A stretch of DNA of 64,000 nt, taken from contig CAYLWI010000001.1 in the NCBI GenBank assembly GCA_964387345.1, positions 47,525 through 111,524 on the forward strand, written 5' to 3'. The notes below the pieces were generated by a model that was not told the origin of the DNA, ran no database searches, and saw only the letters and a list, made by a program, of their open reading frames with translations. Of the stretch, positions 61,784-64,000 are shown in pieces. Made by a program: the position numbers and the translations under genes. Origin of the DNA: an uncultured Eubacterium sp. GTDB lineage: Bacteria > Bacillota > Clostridia > Lachnospirales > Lachnospiraceae. Positions within the stretch are counted from its first letter, which is position 1; each line of letters begins with the position of its first letter.

Positions 61784-61812
61784 TTGACAATCTCCACCTG
61801 TTCATCTATAGT
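61784..61812 (+). promoter_or_regulatory. Sigma-A promoter overlapped by palindrome CAATATATTG
   Basis: TTGACA-17-TATAGT; the palindrome at 61777-61786 covers the -35. Confidence 0.75.
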
Positions 61813-61835
61813 AAAGACAATGAAATGGCGATATT

Positions 61836-61995
61836 ATGGCAATAACAAGTATTGCTTTAAGGGCGGACGATAACTTAAAACAGCTGCGGGAATTAATGGC
61901 AGACCCGGTCCTGACAGGAGACCTTTTTTGCCATGGCCGCAAAACAAGGCGGTGCGGGAACAGGCATTATCGTTTCATATAACCACGACAGACGC
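61836..61995 (+). pseudogene. Frameshifted RelB/DinJ-like antitoxin remnant
   Basis: Three frames give MAITSIALRADDNLKQLRELMAD / TFFAMAAKQ / AVREQALSFHIT, resembling the RelB/DinJ pattern. Confidence 0.5.
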
Positions 61996-62207
61996 GGGTA
62001 TGATCGGGTATGATATGGAATTACCGGATATGTATTTTACAATTGGAAAATCTGCAAAGTCAGGGACGGTAAGGGGGCTGTCTGACAGCAAAAGTGTCTG
62101 GTCCGGGACACAATATGCTGCTGTCTGCCGCCCGTTTTTGTTTGTCGGAAAATTCGATTTCCGGGTTAATAAATAATACAAAGGATAGCTGGTTTGCGGG
62201 GAATAAT

Positions 62208-63662
62208 ATGGTATTCAGTTCACTTATTTTTTTATGTATTTTTTTGCCGGTAGTATATATTCTGCATCTTATACTTCCATCAGTCCGATGGAAGAACGGG
62301 TTGCTGATCGTTGCGAGTCTTCTTTTTTATGCCTATGGGGAACCGGTATATGTGCTGCTGATGATCCTCAGTACTCTGATTAATTATTTCGGGGCGAGGG
62401 CTTTGGACGGGGTATCCCACAGGAAGACAGTTCTGGCGGTTATAGTAATCCTGAATCTGGGTATATTGGGAGTTTTCAAGTATACAGGTTTTATTCTGAA
62501 TACTCTGAATGAAATCGGCAATCTTCATATTCCGGTACCCGGTATTGTCCTTCCTATAGGCATTTCATTCTTCACATTCCAGGCATTATCTTATGTTATT
62601 GATGTATACCGGGGGAATGTTGCGGTTCAGAAGAATTATTTTAAAGTATTATTGTATATATCATTCTTTCCCCAGCTGATTGCGGGACCGATTGTAAAAT
62701 ATCGTGACATCGAACTGGAAATTAATGACCGGACGGTGACTGCCCAGGAGTCGGCAGCCGGGCTGGAGAGATTTATTTTCGGATTATCAAAAAAAGTACT
62801 GATTGCCAATACCATGGGACTGGCTGCAGATAACATTTTCAGTGCGGGCAATGGAAGTATTCATGCATTGACGGCATGGATTGGCGCTTTTGCGTATCTG
62901 CTTCAGATTTACTATGACTTTAGCGGATACAGCGACATGGCGATCGGTCTGGGACGTATGTTTGGTTTCCATTTCAAGGAGAATTTTCTCCACCCCTATG
63001 GAGCAACCTCAATCCAGGATTTCTGGCATAAATGGCATGTTTCCCTGTCCGGATGGTTTAAGGAGTATCTGTATATACCGCTGGGTGGGAACAGAAAAGG
63101 GCGTCTGCGTACCTGTATAAATAAAATAATTGTATTTTTCTGTACCGGATTGTGGCATGGAGCCAGCTGGACATTTGTGTTGTGGGGGCTGTTCCATGGA
63201 GCATTTCTGCTTCTTGAGGATTTCGTACCGGTATTAAAGAAACTGCCAAAAGCATTGTCGCATATCTATGTGGTTGTGGTAGTAATGGTTGGTTTTGTGC
63301 TGTTCCGGGCAGATACTATTAGCCAGGGCGGATATTTTATCCGTCAGATGTTTACCGGATTTTCCATGAATGAGGCCGGAATCAGCCTTGCCGCGCAGCA
63401 GCTTACGCCATGGTTTATCGCAATGTTTATTGCGGGAATCGTTTTCATGGCGCCGGTTCAGAAATACACGGAAAGACTGGCGGCCCTTCTGGAGGAGGGC
63501 GGTGAAAATTCCGGAAAGACCAGACGGGGGCAGGCTGTGATTGGACGGAGTGTCAAAGCGGCGCGCCTGATTGTGGGAGTCATCTGTATCCTTTTACTGA
63601 TCTGGTGTATGATGAGATTATCTTCAGGAACCTATAATCCATTTATTTATTTCAGATTCTGA
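62208..63662 (+). CDS. MBOAT-family O-acyltransferase (AlgI/DltB-like)
   Basis: LPIGISFFTFQALSY, FFPQLIAGPI, YYDFSGYSDMAIG, FWHKWHVSL, GLWHGA catalytic His. Confidence 0.95.
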   Translation: MVFSSLIFLCIFLPVVYILHLILPSVRWKNGLLIVASLLFYAYGEPVYVLLMILSTLINYFGARALDGVSHRKTVLAVIVILNLGILGVFKYTGFILNTLNEIGNLHIPVPGIVLPIGISFFTFQALSYVIDVYRGNVAVQKNYFKVLLYISFFPQLIAGPIVKYRDIELEINDRTVTAQESAAGLERFIFGLSKKVLIANTMGLAADNIFSAGNGSIHALTAWIGAFAYLLQIYYDFSGYSDMAIGLGRMFGFHFKENFLHPYGATSIQDFWHKWHVSLSGWFKEYLYIPLGGNRKGRLRTCINKIIVFFCTGLWHGASWTFVLWGLFHGAFLLLEDFVPVLKKLPKALSHIYVVVVVMVGFVLFRADTISQGGYFIRQMFTGFSMNEAGISLAAQQLTPWFIAMFIAGIVFMAPVQKYTERLAALLEEGGENSGKTRRGQAVIGRSVKAARLIVGVICILLLIWCMMRLSSGTYNPFIYFRF

Positions 63663-63706
63663 TAAAAAGAACTTATGGCGGAATAAACAGATTGGAAATA
63701 AAACCG

Positions 63707-64000
63707 ATGAAGAGAAAGACAGGAAATGTAATATTTGTAGCGGCCTGCATGGCAATCGGACTGATTCCTTTTGCCTGTATGGCTGTTGCGAAGACAGAGA
63801 CGACAACAGAAAACAGAGTATTATCTGAATGGCCCGCACTGATAGAAGATGGTTCTCTCAATGTGAATTTCCTGCCGGAAGCAGGAACTTATTTTGAAGA
63901 TCACTTTGCCTTCCGGAATCAGATAGTAGCGGCAGATTCGCTGGTTATGGGAAAAATATTTCATCAGTCAGCAGTAGATACCGTGCTGGTGGGAACAGAC
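63707..64000 (+). CDS. AlgJ/AlgX-like or DHHW-family partner protein, N-terminal part (runs off window end)
   Basis: Read by eye: MKRKTGNVIFVAAC (TM)...TENRVLSEWP...YFEDHFAFRN...VLVGTD, directly downstream of the MBOAT gene. Confidence 0.7.
   Translation, partial: MKRKTGNVIFVAACMAIGLIPFACMAVAKTETTTENRVLSEWPALIEDGSLNVNFLPEAGTYFEDHFAFRNQIVAADSLVMGKIFHQSAVDTVLVGTD

Noticed and set aside
62040-62130. Possible c-di-GMP-I riboswitch upstream of the MBOAT gene
   Set aside because: GGAAAA...GGGACG is suggestive, but the GAAA tetraloop stem and GCAAAG/receptor elements do not fit the consensus. An Rfam search would settle it.

Overview
A 64-kb chromosomal stretch that looks like a Lachnospiraceae/Clostridiales gut Firmicute (spore genes, T-box, CIRCE, clostridial-type 6S RNA). 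It is mostly housekeeping and metabolic: addB(partial)-addA-maf-prsA-like-cdd, htpG, a TetR with a heterodimeric ABC exporter pair, a large CoA-substrate enzyme activase, glnS, a MocR regulator, ilvN-ilvC, two tandem LeuD/LeuC-family pairs, thrC, a YesN/YesM-like two-component system with an orphan binding protein next to a liv-type ABC importer, pckA, deoC, 6S RNA, a SpoIID/LytB protein, YihY, a BceRSAB-like module, T-box pheST, queA, an M18 aminopeptidase with an APC permease, tyrA and an MBOAT/AlgJ-like acetylation locus. I saw no CRISPR array, rRNA, tRNA, integrase, intact transposase or phage gene. Best leads: (1) two separate microhomology-joined deletions inside the Bce-like operon with similar junction sequences; (2) duplicated aconitase-family pairs with no leuA/leuB in the window; (3) a Derlin-like rhomboid pseudoprotease with an AN1-like zinc finger; (4) a mirror-symmetric bidirectional promoter between a histidine kinase and an orphan binding protein; (5) a MocR regulator lacking its PLP lysine; (6) a perfect 30-bp palindrome over the glnS promoter. 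All family calls come from motif recognition by eye; no database search was run.
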